This document shows, piece by piece, positions 45,681-59,184 of a stretch of DNA of 64,000 bases (its first letter is position 1; the number at the start of each line of letters is the position of its first letter). The stretch is from an uncultured bacterium (GTDB taxonomy: Bacteria > Krumholzibacteriota > Krumholzibacteriia > LZORAL124-64-63), in the NCBI GenBank assembly GCA_963727525.1, contig CAVSGO010000005.1:756262-820261 (forward strand), written 5' to 3'. The notes under the pieces were generated by a model. That model was given only the letters and a program-made list of their open reading frames with translations, did no database searches and was not told the origin of the DNA. Position numbers and translations under genes: made by a program.

Positions 45681-48572
45681 AAAAAGAAAATCAAAATAAA
45701 AATCTTTTATTTTGGGCAAATATGAAGTTCGGAATCCAATATTTACCGGTGCATAAAAACGAAGGAATTTGCATCTGCGGTTAATTCAAAACCCAGTGAA
45801 GAATATTGAACTGGTAAAAGTGCCAACCTGCTCATTGTTTTGATAGGTATTCCCTTTCAATTGAGCAAAATCTGCAAACAAATCCAAATTTAGCCGTTTT
45901 AAATACCAAAGTCCTTTCACATTCCAATCCGGATAAATAAGCGGCAGTTTATAATCAACTCCAACACTATACATCCGGGTAGTATTTATGCTTCCCCATC
46001 CCCGCGGATACCGAATTGCATCGCTAAATCCATAGTTTTTATTCATCTTTTTATTCTGCATCTCCACCATAAACTTTTATTCCATGATTTTTCAATAATC
46101 CGGGTAAAAACAAATTCGACTGAATTGTTGCCAGATTTCCAAAACTGGTTGTTCCAAAAGGAGAATGCCGGTAAGCCAACATCGAAAACCACTCCAAAAT
46201 CGGGATATACATCCCGCTGACTTTGTCTTAAGTAACTGATAAAAATACAACCGATAATTTAACGATTGAAAGTTGCCTTCGTAAAATCCATGTGGTGTGG
46301 ATTCTTATGCTTGTACAAAGTAAAATCATAACTGATTTCGGGTTGAAGAAACCTGTTGAAGCGGCCTTTCGAAAGTTTCAGCGGAACATTTAAATCGATG
46401 CCCGCATTTGTTTCGCCCCATAAAAACCGTTCAGTTGGTGGTATCCTGCTTTAATAATTGTCGCCAATTCATTTTTAGTCTGATTGATTAATCGATATTC
46501 GGAAGCACGGTTTCCACTGCTAATTTCGAAATTAAAAACCGGATACCATCCTTTATATTTGTAAGCAGCATAAAATTGACCGGCTTTTTCTGTACAATTC
46601 CATTTATATCCCAGTATTGTTTCCGAAGTTCCCAATTTATTTTGCGACATCAGACTTACTCCCGGTAAAATTTCGTAAGAAGCAGCATCAATAAAAGCAG
46701 GCGCCCAACTGTGAAAATTAAATAAATGTGCTGGCTTTGCTATAGTTTTTCGATTGATATTCAACTTGTTTCCAAATCCTGTAAAATCGGGTTGTCCCGG
46801 TTCCTGTTCGGACAATTTATGCCGCCAGCGGATAATTTCCTTTTTCAACATTTTCAACAGGAATTTCATTTCCGGATCTGCAGTAATTGCAATCAAACGA
46901 AAACCATCAGCCGTATAATCACTTAAAACTATTTTATTTCGATTTGGCGAAACTGCAGGCGATTCCACTCCGAAACGCGGCTCATACACCTGAACAACAT
47001 GATTTATCTTCGAGATTCAATCTGAACAAGCCATTTTTACCGGTGTAACTGCTTATAAAATATAGATTGTTTTCTACCGCTTTTAATTGTTTCAGGTCGC
47101 CATAATTTTCATCTAAAAGAAGTTCAAAATTTCCCGTGTCCAAATTGAGTTTGTCCAGTTGTTTGCCCGTTTTCAGTAAGTACAACTAACGCTAATTCAT
47201 TGGCATTTATCCATTCCGGCGAAAAGAAATAATTATCATTTCTGAGTTTGAAAACGGTTCAGCAAATCCCAGTTTTACAATCATATATTGAAATGTAATA
47301 ATGGTTTGAAAAATCGGCTTCCACAACAGCAACTTTTGTTTTATCCGTGCGAAATTGACAGGACTGAAACCTTTAAATTCCGGTTTAATTTCAGTTAATT
47401 CATAACCTGTTTCTGAATTCCAATATTCTGATTAATGATTTCCGCTGTGTGCCCATCGTGGATCGGGTATTTGTTCGGACCAAACAATTAAATTATCCCT
47501 GTAATTTACCGACTCATTAAAAATTATTCCCGGATGATACAATACTTTTTCTATACCGGTATTTATCAATTTTTACAAAAGAAGGAATTTGATCGAATGA
47601 TGTTTTATAAGAAAACAAAGTGGAATCATTTACCCAGTGATTGAACTGATAATTGGTGTAAATATTCACGTCAGGGGGTGAAATTACTTCGAACGGCAAT
47701 GAATGGTAATTCCTGTCTTCTTCCAACCAAACCTGCTGAAGGCTGTCGAAAATAAATTGATACAATGAAGCCTTTGCCGATAACCTGTTTTACTCTTTAA
47801 CACATTGTTCAATGGAGAGAATTGAAATCGGTTTTTTACCAATACTAACCAGCAAAACCGAATCCCAGATTCGCTGCCAAATATTGCTCTTGAGCCTCCA
47901 ACCAGGTAATATCCTAATTTATAATGATTGGGTACAAAATCCCGGTAAGAACCAAAATAAGCTTTATCGTACGAAAAAACACCTTTTTCAACCACCTGTG
48001 CCTGGTGTTCCATTAAAAATGAAGGAAATCTTCCGCGCCCAAATTTACTCAGTGCAGTTTCGGTAACCACTGCATCACCTTCAATAAACCACCATGGAAG
48101 GTGAACCCCAAAAACCAAAGCGGTCCCTTGCTGCCCGAGAATTAGTTTAATAAGTTCGGGTAAATTTTCGTTAATTTTATCAATTTGTACCACATGCCGG
48201 AATTCGTGCAAGCGCGAGTTGTTCCAGCCAATCTTGCGGATAAATTGACTGATGTGGAGTTGTATAAAACTCAGCTCGTTTTGGCGCCCAGGCCACCAAT
48301 CCATTTGACTGAACAGTTTGTGTATGAAGAATAACAGATATTTTTTTTGGTTTATGATGAAGTGTATTTCCGCCATACTGATAAACTTCTTCCAGTACTG
48401 CGGCAAGTTATTGGCCTGTGATTCATAATAATCAGGATATATTAACTGAAAATTTTCCGTATTTATTTGTCGCCATTTTATGGAAGCCGGATCTTCGCCC
48501 GGTTTGAAAATATTGTGCTTCTGCTCCGCTTATCAATCCCAAAAAAAGAACTAAAAGAAAAAGTTGTTTCAC
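45657..48572 (-). CDS. Large exported protein: peptidase-like HEFRH N-domain, TolB-like propeller and outer-membrane C-domain (heavily frameshifted)
   Basis: HEFRHVVQ, PWWFIEGDAV, SPAVSPN and FNFHSWAP fragments. Confidence 0.65.
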
Positions 48573-48725
48573 TTCATCAGTAAAATATTATAAATCTGTC
48601 TCCAAAATACGACACAAAGAAGTATAACAGATAAAAAAATAAAGCCCGGAAAAAATTCCAGGCTTCAACTATACTAATTTCGTTATAAAATTTATACTTC
48701 GTTTACTCCTAAAATCGGGATTGGA

Positions 48726-49395
48726 TTATTTATCTTCATCCTGGTTTAAAACCGATTGGTAAAGTGTTGCAAATGCTGAATGAATCCACATAATTGAAAA
48801 AAGAATTCCAACAATAAATACAATTAAACCGGCAATGGCAATAAAAAAGGAAATAATGGCCATCCAAAAAACTTTCCATCCATGGCCCCGCGTCATTTGC
48901 CAGCTTTTTTCCACGGCCTGCATGGGTTCCAAATCTTTATCCATAACCAGAAACGGAACAAATGCCAGCCGGCAGGCCACAATTATTCCCGGAATAATAA
49001 ACATGCACAAGTCCAATTACAACCAATGCCAATACAATTAAATTAGCCAGAATAATATTTAGATAACTTTTCCTGAAACCATCAAATAAAAATTTAAAAT
49101 CGGCATATTCATCGCGCATGGCATGGAGAAAAACAAATCTTTCGCCATAATTAATTACCGGCAAAAATAAAAATCCATAGGCCAGTCCGAACAATACCAG
49201 CGGCAAAAACCAAATAAAATTATATCCAAAATCCCCATCGGCTTTCCAGTTGGCATTAAAAGGACCATTTAAAATGCCTGCAATAATAACTGTAACCAGC
49301 AAGAGGCAAAAAACTTTTTCAAATATTTTTCTCCAGGCGAAACTAAAACTTCCTCCAATTGAAGGAACCAGATTGTAATACTTATCGTTTTCCAT
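48726..49395 (-). CDS. Integral membrane protein (DUF975/GPDPase-membrane-like; frameshifted)
   Basis: IIPGIIVACRL and AVEKSWQMTRGH. Confidence 0.7.
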
Positions 49396-49577
49396 TTTTT
49401 TAATTTTTAATGTTTTCTGTTTTCTGTTTCATTGTCGAATCAAATGTACATGCAATCATAAAAAATATCCTTCCTACTTTGGTTGGAAATTAAATATTCA
49501 CTACTTTGGTAGTTATCGGTATAACGGTTTCAGTTTATATTATTGCAATGCCACTACCAAAGTTGGATTTCGAAAAA

Positions 49578-50569
49578 ATGCTTATTGAAAACCTTACTTT
49601 TCTTATAACTTTTATAATTACGCCGGGATTGCTGTAATAGGATATTTTAGGAACTTACAACTTGTTTCAACAGATATAAAAAACCTGTTTTGCAAATTTT
49701 ACTTTATCAGCAAATATTTCTTTTTTCTTTTTTTATTTATGGAATTTGGGGAAATATTGCCATCAGGGAAATTATTTCTGATTTAAACCTGAATGCATGA
49801 AACAAATCATAAACTGGCATTATTTATTCCGGTTTTGGGAATTCCATTTTTAATTGTGAGCTGGTTTATGCTTTTGAAATTTGGATTTAATATAAATGGT
49901 TACAAACTTTCGAAAAATGTGGTTTTCAGCTTACTTTATTTCTTTTATAGCCGCTTTGATTATTTTTTCATTTTCTAGTTCAAAATGGGACTATCCATGT
50001 TCCGGCAGAAACTGATCTTTTTATTGTCCGCATTCTTGCAGTCATAAATCTTGCAATACATTTGGTGTTGATTTTTCCTTATTTGAAACCACATAAAATC
50101 CGCATCGGAACTGGAAAAAAGAAGTAATTTCAAAACCATCTTTTTTATTTATTTATCAGGAGTAATGTTTTATTCGGTATTTTTGTATTTCTTTAATTTC
50201 TATGGATTTATTTCCATCTGTTTTTCCATTCTTTGCTTTTTGGAGTGAGTGTAATTATTCCGGCAGGTTTAAAATTAAAACCAATTAATTAAAGCGGATG
50301 AAAGCTCGGCCAGGAATATAAATTTTGAAAAGTTCTGCGAAACCTATGAAATTTCGAAACGGGAAGCAGAAATAATTCTGGAAATCTGTTCGGGCAAAAC
50401 CAACAAATCCATTTCTGAAAAACTGTTTATTACATTGCAGACTGTAAAAGATCACAACCACCGAATTTATACAAAAACACAGGTGAAAAGCCGGGTGCAG
50501 CTTACCAACCTCGTGCGCGAAAAAACAGGAATGACATCATTTCCCGGTCCAGACATAAAAAGTGAATAA
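49578..50569 (+). CDS. Membrane-bound LuxR-type HTH regulator (heavily frameshifted; start approximate)
   Basis: Hydrophobic N-region. C-terminal ISKREAEIILEICSGKTNKSISEKLFITLQTVKDHNHRIYTK. Confidence 0.75.
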
Positions 50570-50573
50570 ACGA

Positions 50574-51830
50574 CTATTTTTCAAAAAACAAATCTTCTTT
50601 AATTCGTTCAATCCGGTCGAGGGCATAATTTAAGTTTCTGCCTGATTCACCGGCTTCTTTCAAATAAATCCGGTAATAATTCAGTGCCAGAGTTTTATTG
50701 GAATTATATTCTTCATAAGTTGTAGCAATCTCAAAAAGTATTTCATGATTTGTCGGATCCAGTTCATGAGCTTTGCGAAGTGCGGCAATCGACTCTTCAA
50801 ATTTTCGCTGTTGTCCGTAAATTTGCCCCAAATGATGATACATTTCAGGAAGATAAGACGGTGTGGCCGCTTCTATTGCTGCATCCATATACGCTTCTGC
50901 AACTTCATAATGAATCAGTTTTTTATGGCTTAAACTGAGGTAAAAAATGCAAAAGGATCATTGGCAACCAGATTTGCACATTTTTCCAAAATAGAAATGG
51001 CCTTATTTTCATCTTTAACAAAATAGAGACTGATGCCATAGTTTAGAAGTTCCTTATAAGCAGAGTCGCCGCCTGCGACGAAATATTTCTCATAAAGCTT
51101 TCGTGCCTCTTCGTAATTTTTTAAAGCGTATAATAATATCCTGGCTTCCTGCAAATAAAATTCAGCATCGCCCGGAAAATTTTGCAAGACCAAGTTGAAT
51201 AACTGCCAAGGCATTGTCCTGTTCTTCCTGCATTAAATACAATTTGATGAGGTTAAAATAGGATGAATAATCGCGTGGATTGAGATCGATAACTTTGTCG
51301 GTATAAATGAACAGCCAGTTTACGATTATTTGATTTGAAAGGCGGAAAATGCAAATTGTTTGTTCCAGATAAACATTTGTTGAATCGGTTTTATAAATGT
51401 CTGAAAAGATTTCGTACGCCTTTTTGTAATTTTTCAGGTTAATGTAATTGCGGCCCAATTTTCCGGCAAGCTGAAGATTTTGTGGGTGCAACGTAAGCGC
51501 TTGTTCATAAAAAGAATTTGCATCCGTGTAATTTCCCAAAACAGACAGCGCTTCTGCCATTTCGCCCAGAATTTCAGGATTTTGCGGTTCAATTTCCAGC
51601 GCTGCCGAAAATGCATTAACCGCATCCTGGTAGTTTTGCAAACTGTTGTAGATCAACCCTTTTTTCAGATACAATTCTGCAGCCGGTTCCTTTTCCAGCT
51701 TTTTTTCAATTTGCTGCAGCGCCTGCTGGTAATGTTTGTTCAGAATTAACAAATCAATTTTATCCTGCGAAAAAGAAACAACACTATTCCGGCTAATAAC
51801 AGAGAACAGTAAATATTTAATTGTTTTCAT
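50574..51830 (-). CDS. Tetratricopeptide-repeat protein (frameshifted)
   Basis: Repeated TPR helices in three ORF fragments. Confidence 0.8.
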
Positions 51831-51848
51831 GGCTTTTTACTTTAAACG

Positions 51849-53352
51849 TTATTCATGAAAATCATATTTGTTGTGCAGGGAATTAACTTTCGACCAGATA
51901 ACTTTATGGTTGTTGGTATTTAAAGTTGATTTGCGTGGTGCCAATTCAAAATTAATAGGAACTGTGTAGCTGACATTAACTGCTTTGCCCCGCTGCGTTC
52001 CCGGTTTCCATTTGGGCAGCGAATTTATCACTCGTAGCGCTTCCTGATCGAGCGAAGGAGCAACACCACGTGCAATTTTGGCATTTGCAACCGAACCATT
52101 TTTTGTAACAACAAACGTTACATATACTTTACCCTGAATTCCTTTATTTATAGCTTCTTCGGGATATTCAACAGAACTGGTAATATATTTTCGCAAAGCT
52201 TCCTCGCCTCCGGGAAATTCAGGCATATTTTCCACAATAAAAAAAACCTCTTCATTTTCTGCCAAAGTTTCTCCCTTTTTTTCCTCTTCTTCTTTGGTGA
52301 GAATAACATTCCCCAGGCTGTCGAAAGAAACAGCGTAGCCCGTATTTCCTATAAAAAGCTGTTTTATTTTATCCATGTTTTCAACGGCTCCTTCAATTTT
52401 CAGTTTTTCATCCTGAAGCGTCATTTTCACCGTTTTGTCCTCGTTATTCATGTTCGGTTTAAACGATTCTTCCTGCTCGCAGGCAAAAACCATTACCAAT
52501 GCGATTGCTGCCATTATTCCGAGCACTATTTTACTGTTGGCAATATTTGATGATTTAATTTTCGACATCATTTTAATTCGGTTTTTTATGAGCGAATAAT
52601 TAAAGTTGTTTGCAATAAGAAATTGTTCTCCAACATACTGGTTCAGCAACAATTTTTTGTAATATCCTCTTTTTATACCCGATTTCAGCACCGCCTGGTC
52701 AGCCAGATATTCGTGATTTTCGGTAATTGCCCTTCGTAACATCCACATAAAAGGATTGAACCATTGAAACACCAGAAGCAATTCAAGAATTACAACATCA
52801 AAAGAATGTCCCTGTTTTACATGCTCCAGCTCGTGGGCAATCAGTTTGTGGTAATATTCTTCTTTTTGAAGCGACTGACCAACAAATACATAATTCATAA
52901 ATGAAAAAGGACTGCAATCTTTATCCAGTACCACCAGTTTAAATCCGTTCATTTTCTGCACGGAATGCTTTACAATTAAGAGAATTATTTTTACAACCCG
53001 AAGGAGAAAACGAAACAGGAAAAAAGCCACTCCCGCCAAATAACCCAGAATAACTGACATTGGCCGAAAGAATAGCTTTTTCAATACTTCCTGATAAATC
53101 CTTCCCATAAACTGTCACTGCTTCAATCAGGTTTCGGTAAGGAGTAACCGTTATTTCCGAAAGCATCACCGGATCGGAATTGTAAATTTGAAACCGCAAA
53201 AACGGAAGGACAATCGAAAACAGCACGGAACTCAACAGGAAAATCCTGTTCAACCTGAAGAAAGTCTCTTTCCGCAGAAACAAAAGATAAATTACTGCAA
53301 AAACGGAAAGACTGATTCCTGATTCCAATATGAAATTTACAATGCTATTCAT
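51849..53352 (-). CDS. BlaR1-like M56 peptidase fused to a TonB C-terminal domain (frameshifted)
   Basis: TFFRLNR, HELEHV, WFNPF, HEYLAD and IKNRI, followed by MPEFPGG...LDQEALRV...WKPG...VPINF. Confidence 0.9.
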
Positions 53353-53731
53353 TTTCTTCCGGATTTTCGTTTTCAAGATCGCGTTTTACATCCTCAATCA
53401 TTTCGTCCAGGTCGGCCAGGCTCATGTTGTCTTCTTTGGCAAAAAAGGAAACCATCTCCTGAAATGAACCGCTGAAATAATTGCGCATAAAGTTTTTCAT
53501 GAACTTTTTAGTGTACTCTTTCCTCGAAATCAACGGGAAATATTCGTGCGTTTTTCCGTAGGCATTATGTCCTACAAATCCTTTTTTTTCCAAAATCCGA
53601 ATGATGGTTGAAACAGTGTTATAAGCAGGTTTTGGTTCGGGCATTACTTCAATTAAATCTTTTACAAATGCTTTTTCCTGCTGCCAGAGAAGCTGCATTA
53701 CCTGTTCTTCGCCCTTTGTTAATTCCTTCAT
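53345..53731 (-). CDS. BlaI/MecI/CopY-family repressor
   Basis: LTKGEEQVMQLLW, PAYNTVSTIIRILEKKGFV and YFSGSF. Confidence 0.93.
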   Translation of the reverse strand: MKELTKGEEQVMQLLWQQEKAFVKDLIEVMPEPKPAYNTVSTIIRILEKKGFVGHNAYGKTHEYFPLISRKEYTKKFMKNFMRNYFSGSFQEMVSFFAKEDNMSLADLDEMIEDVKRDLENENPEENE

Positions 53732-53781
53732 TTTCGGTTTTTTTTTGATTTTCTGACAATAACCTGCTCAACAAAAATCAT

Positions 53782-53817
53782 ACCTAAGGCATTAGTTTTA
53801 CAACTAAATATTTAGGT
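53782..53817. promoter_or_regulatory. Tandem BlaI-type operators AMCTA-N6-TAGKT
   Basis: ACCTAAGGCATTAGTT at 53782-53797 and AACTAAATATTTAGGT at 53802-53817. Confidence 0.7.
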
Positions 53818-54242
53818 TATTTTTCATTTTCCAGGGCAAAATTGATGGGTAAAGTATATTGTACATTAACAGCTTTTCCTTTTTGTTTACCGGGTGTCCA
53901 GTCGGGAAGATCGTTAATTACCCGCAACGCTTCCTGGTCAAGCGAGGCATTTTTTCCCTTTGCTATTTCTGCATCCATTACTTTTCCTTCTTTCGAAACA
54001 GTAAATGTAACAAACACTTTTCCGGATATTCCATTTTTTTTGGCTTCTTCGGGATACTTCACATGTTCGGCAATGTAATTTTTCAGCGCCTCTTCGCCGC
54101 CCGGAAATTCAGGCAATTCCTCCACGACAAAATACAAAGGTTCGCCGGTGCTTGTGGTTTTGTTTTCTTCCTGTCCGTTGGATTTAACCGAATAAAGAAC
54201 TGCTAAAATGACCAACACTATTATTAAGCTTATCTTTTTCAT
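53817..54242 (-). CDS. Short TonB C-terminal-domain protein
   Basis: Signal/TM segment plus LPEFPGG...YPEEA...LDQEALRV...WTPG. Confidence 0.88.
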   Translation of the reverse strand: MKKISLIIVLVILAVLYSVKSNGQEENKTTSTGEPLYFVVEELPEFPGGEEALKNYIAEHVKYPEEAKKNGISGKVFVTFTVSKEGKVMDAEIAKGKNASLDQEALRVINDLPDWTPGKQKGKAVNVQYTLPINFALENEK

Positions 54243-54277
54243 TTTTATTTTTTTTTGATTTAATTCTACTTCTTTTA

Positions 54278-54965
54278 TTATTGCAATTGAAATTTGATTA
54301 CTGCATTGTAATAAACTTTTACAGGACGTCCACGTTGTTTTCCGGGCTTAAAATCGGGCAAACTGTTAATCACGCGCAAAGCTTCCTTATCGAGCGAAAC
54401 ATCCACTCCACGCATAATTTCGGCATTGCTGACCACACCCTGTTCGTCCATAACAAATTTGACAAACACTTTTCCCTGAATCCCATTTTCCTGTGCAATT
54501 ACCGGATATTTTACTGTATTAGTGTATGTACCTTAACAATGCCTCTTCCCCGCCTGGAAATTCCGCTGGTTCCTCAACTACATAAAATATTTCTTCCGGA
54601 ACATCCTCTTCCACATCGGGTGTAAAAACTGGATTTACATCAATTATTGTTGTTTCATCCGCTCCGGAATCCTCGATCCGGATTTCTTCGTCAATAATAA
54701 CATCATTGGTTACAATATTCAACACCTCAATTACTTTTGGCGGAGGCGGCGGAGGCGGCGGTTCAACTTTTGGTTCTCTGGTAATTGGAATAATAACATC
54801 TTCCACATCAGCAGATTTAAGCATGCCAAGCGATTCTGTTTCTTTTGGCATCGTTTTCCATTCAAAGGCAACCAATGTTGCTCCAAGAGCAACAACCAAT
54901 CCAATTAAAAAGAAGGTGTTTTTCTTGATTTCAAGGTTGGCTCTTCGTGTTTTTTTCTGTTCCAT
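54278..54965 (-). CDS. tonB: Energy transducer TonB (frameshifted)
   Basis: TM anchor, poly-Pro linker and TonB_C domain. Confidence 0.88.
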
Positions 54966-55007
54966 TTTTTTCAGTTTTTAATTTCACAAGTGCTACAACA
55001 AATATAT

Positions 55008-55107
55008 AACTAAGATTTTAGTTTTCAAACTAAATTATTAGTTATTTTGTGAAAATAATTGTATGAAATCTAATATACAGGATAGTTACATAACTACTAT
55101 TTTAGTT
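55008..55107. promoter_or_regulatory. Three BlaI-type operators AACTA-N6-TAGTT upstream of tonB
   Basis: Copies at 55008-55023, 55028-55043 and 55092-55107, next to a TATATTTG -7 element on the minus strand (54999-55006). Confidence 0.7.
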
Positions 55108-55250
55108 ATACATGGAAATATTCGTTTCCTTAATTAGCAGAACATCTAAAAATGAATATGAATTTCATGAAGGACAGAATCAAATTTAACCCGAATAATT
55201 CATGAATTATTCCTGTCTCCGAGTAACTAAAATCCTGATCCTACTGAAGA

Positions 55251-57766
55251 TTATTTGAAAATATTTTTCAATCCCTCTCCTACTTTATCGATGGTTTTTT
55301 GCAGATCTTCTTTCGTGGATTTTTTTACTTCATCGGTTATTTTTTTACGCGCTTCCGACAAATCAACATTCACTGCCGGTTCGTTTACCGGTCCTTTTAT
55401 CGCAACTGCAGCAGGAATTACCTGTATATTTTGTTGTCCCGGCAAAATACTCAGGATATTCTGAATATCTTTTCCAAAAGCATCGCGCTGCACCTGAAAA
55501 TCCATCCGCATATCGAGCAGGTTTTGTGTATTCAAGGATCCGGAAATTGCGGTTTCCTGTCCTGCAATTTTTGTTGTAAAGGGTTTTAACAGCAGGTTTC
55601 CATTGTTGATTGTAAAATTAGCCTTAAAATCATCCACCGAAACATTTTTCAATTTCTCCTCGTTCAGCAAACCACCAATTTGTAAAAGAACCGGGGAGTT
55701 GACTATTTGCAGGTTTTTGGTCATTAAAGTTCCGGAACCATTCACCGTTGGCATTTTAATTTAAGCATTTCATCAAATTGACCTTTTAATTTCATGTTTG
55801 AACTGAAACGGCCTTTGCTGTCGTCAATTACCGGAATCATTTTTTGAATTCCGGTAATCGTTTTTGCTGCCATTGGAATATCAAAATCGGAAACAACCAG
55901 ATTAAAATCAAACAGTGGTTGGTTTTGCGGATTATTCTGGTACGAACCGGTTAAATTCAGCTGACCATCAAGCAGATGCATACCCAAATCATTCAATACC
56001 AGTTTTCCGTTTTGCGCGGTAATTAATCCCTGGATGTTTGAAATGGGCACATTATCCAAAACCGCATCGTTTATTGAAGAACGAAAAGTGAAATTAACAT
56101 CCGACGGAATATCAAAAGCCAGTGCTTCCGTTTCATTATCAGCTGCTTTTGCTGCCGGGGCTGTGTTTCCTCCGGCGTTTCATAGTTAACCTGCTGCAAC
56201 CTGAACAATTCATTCAGATTTACTCTGGAAGAATTCAACTGTAGAATTTCCACGCAATTCGCCATCTTTCAGAAAATAATTTAAATAGTTCGAGACTTTG
56301 CCGGTAAGGTTAAAATCGCTCTGTCCTACCCGCATTTTAAATTTGCTCGAGGTTTATATTTTCCGGAGAAAAATGCATCCGGCCGTTTGAAACATATAAA
56401 ACCTGAGTTAGTTTTGGCGACTGAAATGAATAATCGCTAAGCATGACTTCGCCATCGGCATTTTATGTTTTCGTACTGCTTCGTTTTCAATGGCCGAATA
56501 ATTTCCTTTTACAAAAAGGTTGGCATCCACAATTCCGGTCATATTTACACTGTCAAGTGGCAAAGCATCTTTTAAATGCTGAAAATTTATTTTACCGACA
56601 AAAGCTCCGTCAAAACATGGATCGGAATACCAGGTTTTACAGCGTGAGCGTTAAATCCACCGGATTATTTCTAATTTCGGCATGTGCCTCTTTTATCTTA
56701 ATCACCGTTAAATCCCAATCGCCCTGTGGCTTTGAAATTGCAACCGTCAGCTTTTATATTTTTGATTTCTTCGGGAAGATCAGCATAATGTAAATTTCCG
56801 TTCCGAAATATCCAAATCCAAGTTTCAACGCCGGATAAGATTCCTCATAATAAAACCCATTGAAAGTGCCCGCCAAATGTTGCAGAACCCTCTGTTTTCA
56901 TATCTTCAAGATAATGTTCGTAATCGGGTGGAACGAGCGCGAGGAAATTTTCAAATCCCGATTCTGTTGTTTTTATTCCCAAATCGAAATACATGGTATC
57001 GCCGGGAGCCTGAATGGAACCGGTAACATTCATTGGTAAACGGTTGATCAGCAATTCATTTTCAAGAATGGAAATATCCATTGTTTCATAATTGATATCA
57101 AACAAGTGTTTTTGTTTCGAGCGAAACTTTTGAAATATAATTGACTCCGTCGTAATTCAGTGAAAACTGGCCAATTTTTCCATTCGGCCTGTAATTTTGC
57201 TGAAGTGCCATACATTTCACCTTCAAATCGAAATTAATATCTATCCGAGCCGAAGCAACAGTATTTGGCTTCCCGGTCATCATAAATCAGCACAGCATTT
57301 TCAATAATAATCTTATCAAGCTGCAAATCAAACGATTCTGTCGGCTGGTGGCCGGTTGGTTCCTGCAGGCGCTTTTAACAAACCCAGTTGGCATGTTTCC
57401 TGCTTCGTTCACCATCAAGCTTTAATTTTGGCTGGTTAAGCTCAATTTCATCAATGCTTTTTTCAGAACTTCCAATCAGTGAAAAAAGTCCCATTTTTAA
57501 ACTACTGAAGAAACATCGAGTAATGTATCGTTCTGAAATTCACCTTTTCCGGTAATTATTGCATCGGTAATTACAATGGTAACTTTAGGGAAATTGCGAA
57601 ACAACGACAAGCGGATATCGTCGAATTCAACCTGTGCATTTACATTTTTATTAATTGTTGTTTTGGTTTTTTCAAGCAGTGTGTCTTTAAATAATATGGG
57701 CACCAAAAAAAGTGCAGCCAAAAAAACTGCAAAAATAATTCCTATAATAATGATTGTCTTTTTCAT
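55251..57766 (-). CDS. AsmA-family protein (heavily frameshifted)
   Basis: N-terminal TM plus LSLFRNFP, followed by beta-rich repeats across many fragments. Confidence 0.8.
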
Positions 57767-57944
57767 CTAAATTAAATTATTAAAATTTCACTTGATTAGC
57801 CAAAATTACTGCCGTTACTAATAAAAACCAATCCGGTAATAAAGAGTTTTTAAAAACTTCTAAATTAAAGAAAACCAGCAGTATATAAATGATAAATATT
57901 GTTAAAAATTATGTTTATGAAAAAGTATCCGGATTTCATAAAAG

Positions 57945-59182
57945 TTACATTAATGTCCGGCGCAACAGTTGCAAAGCAGTTTGTGAAGAACGGATGATAT
58001 TTCTTTCGCGATTATCGCCAAATACATATTTTTCGGCAATTACTTCATTTACATCCGGCCACTGCAATCCACACTGTACCAACAGGTTTTTCAGGTGTTC
58101 CGCCATCTGGGCCGGCAATTCCGGTTGTTGCCAACTGCAAAATCTGAGTTCAGTGCTTTTTTAACTCCGGCGGCCATTTCTTTTGCCACAGTTTCGCTCA
58201 CTGCACCAAATTCGCCAGCGAATCTTCCCTGACTTCCAAAAGATTTTTTTTGGTTTCGTTGGAATAGGCCGTAATTCCGCCTCTAAAATAAGCAGAACTT
58301 CCCGGAACAGAAGTTATTAAATGCGAAATATATCCGCCGGTGCAACTTTCGGCAACGGCAAGTGTTTTTCCCGATTTCACCAGCATCCGTCCAATTACTT
58401 CTGCCAGTGTTTCATTGTCGTATCCAAAAATATGATCGGGAATAATTTTCTTCAGCAGTTCCACTTCCTTTTCCACCTGCATTTTCAGATGATTTAGATC
58501 TGTTCCCATTGCTGAAAGCCGCAATCGCACCGACATAGGATTGGGCAGGTACGCCAAGTTTAATATTTTCCGGCAGCGCCGTTTCCCACTGCTCTATTTT
58601 TTCGGCCAGCATCGATTCAGGCAGCCCTTGTGTTTGAACCGTTTTATGATAAATGGCTTTTGATTTCCCGGTTTTTCGCAAACGTGGCAGAATTTCACTT
58701 TCCACCAGATATTTCATTTCGAAAGGTACGCCGGGCAATGCAACAACAATTGTATCATTTTTTTCGAACCACAAACCAGGTGCTGTTCCTGCTTTATTGG
58801 GCAAAACCGTGCAGTTTTCAGGAACCAAAGCCTGATCGCGGTTGAGCTTGTTTAAATCGATATTTCGTTTTTAAAACCGTTCTTTAATATGTTCCAGTGT
58901 TGGCTCATGCAAAACCAGTTTCGTATTAAAATATTCGCAAAGCACTTTTTTGGTAATATCATCTTTGGTCGGTCCCAATCCACCGGTCAGCAAAACCAAA
59001 TCCACATTTTTTTCCGCATTTTCAATTGCTTTTTTAATATGCTCACCGTCATCGTGAACAGAGGTTATCTGGTAAATTTCAATTCCATTCAAATTAAATT
59101 GTTCTGCAATCCATGCCGAATTTGTATCAACAATTTGCCCAATTAAAATTTCATCGCCAATGGTAATAATTTCAGCCTTCAT
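57945..59182 (-). CDS. cinA: Competence/damage-inducible protein CinA (frameshifted)
   Basis: [33 protein letters not shown] and AESCTGG. Confidence 0.93.
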
Positions 59183-59184
59183 AT

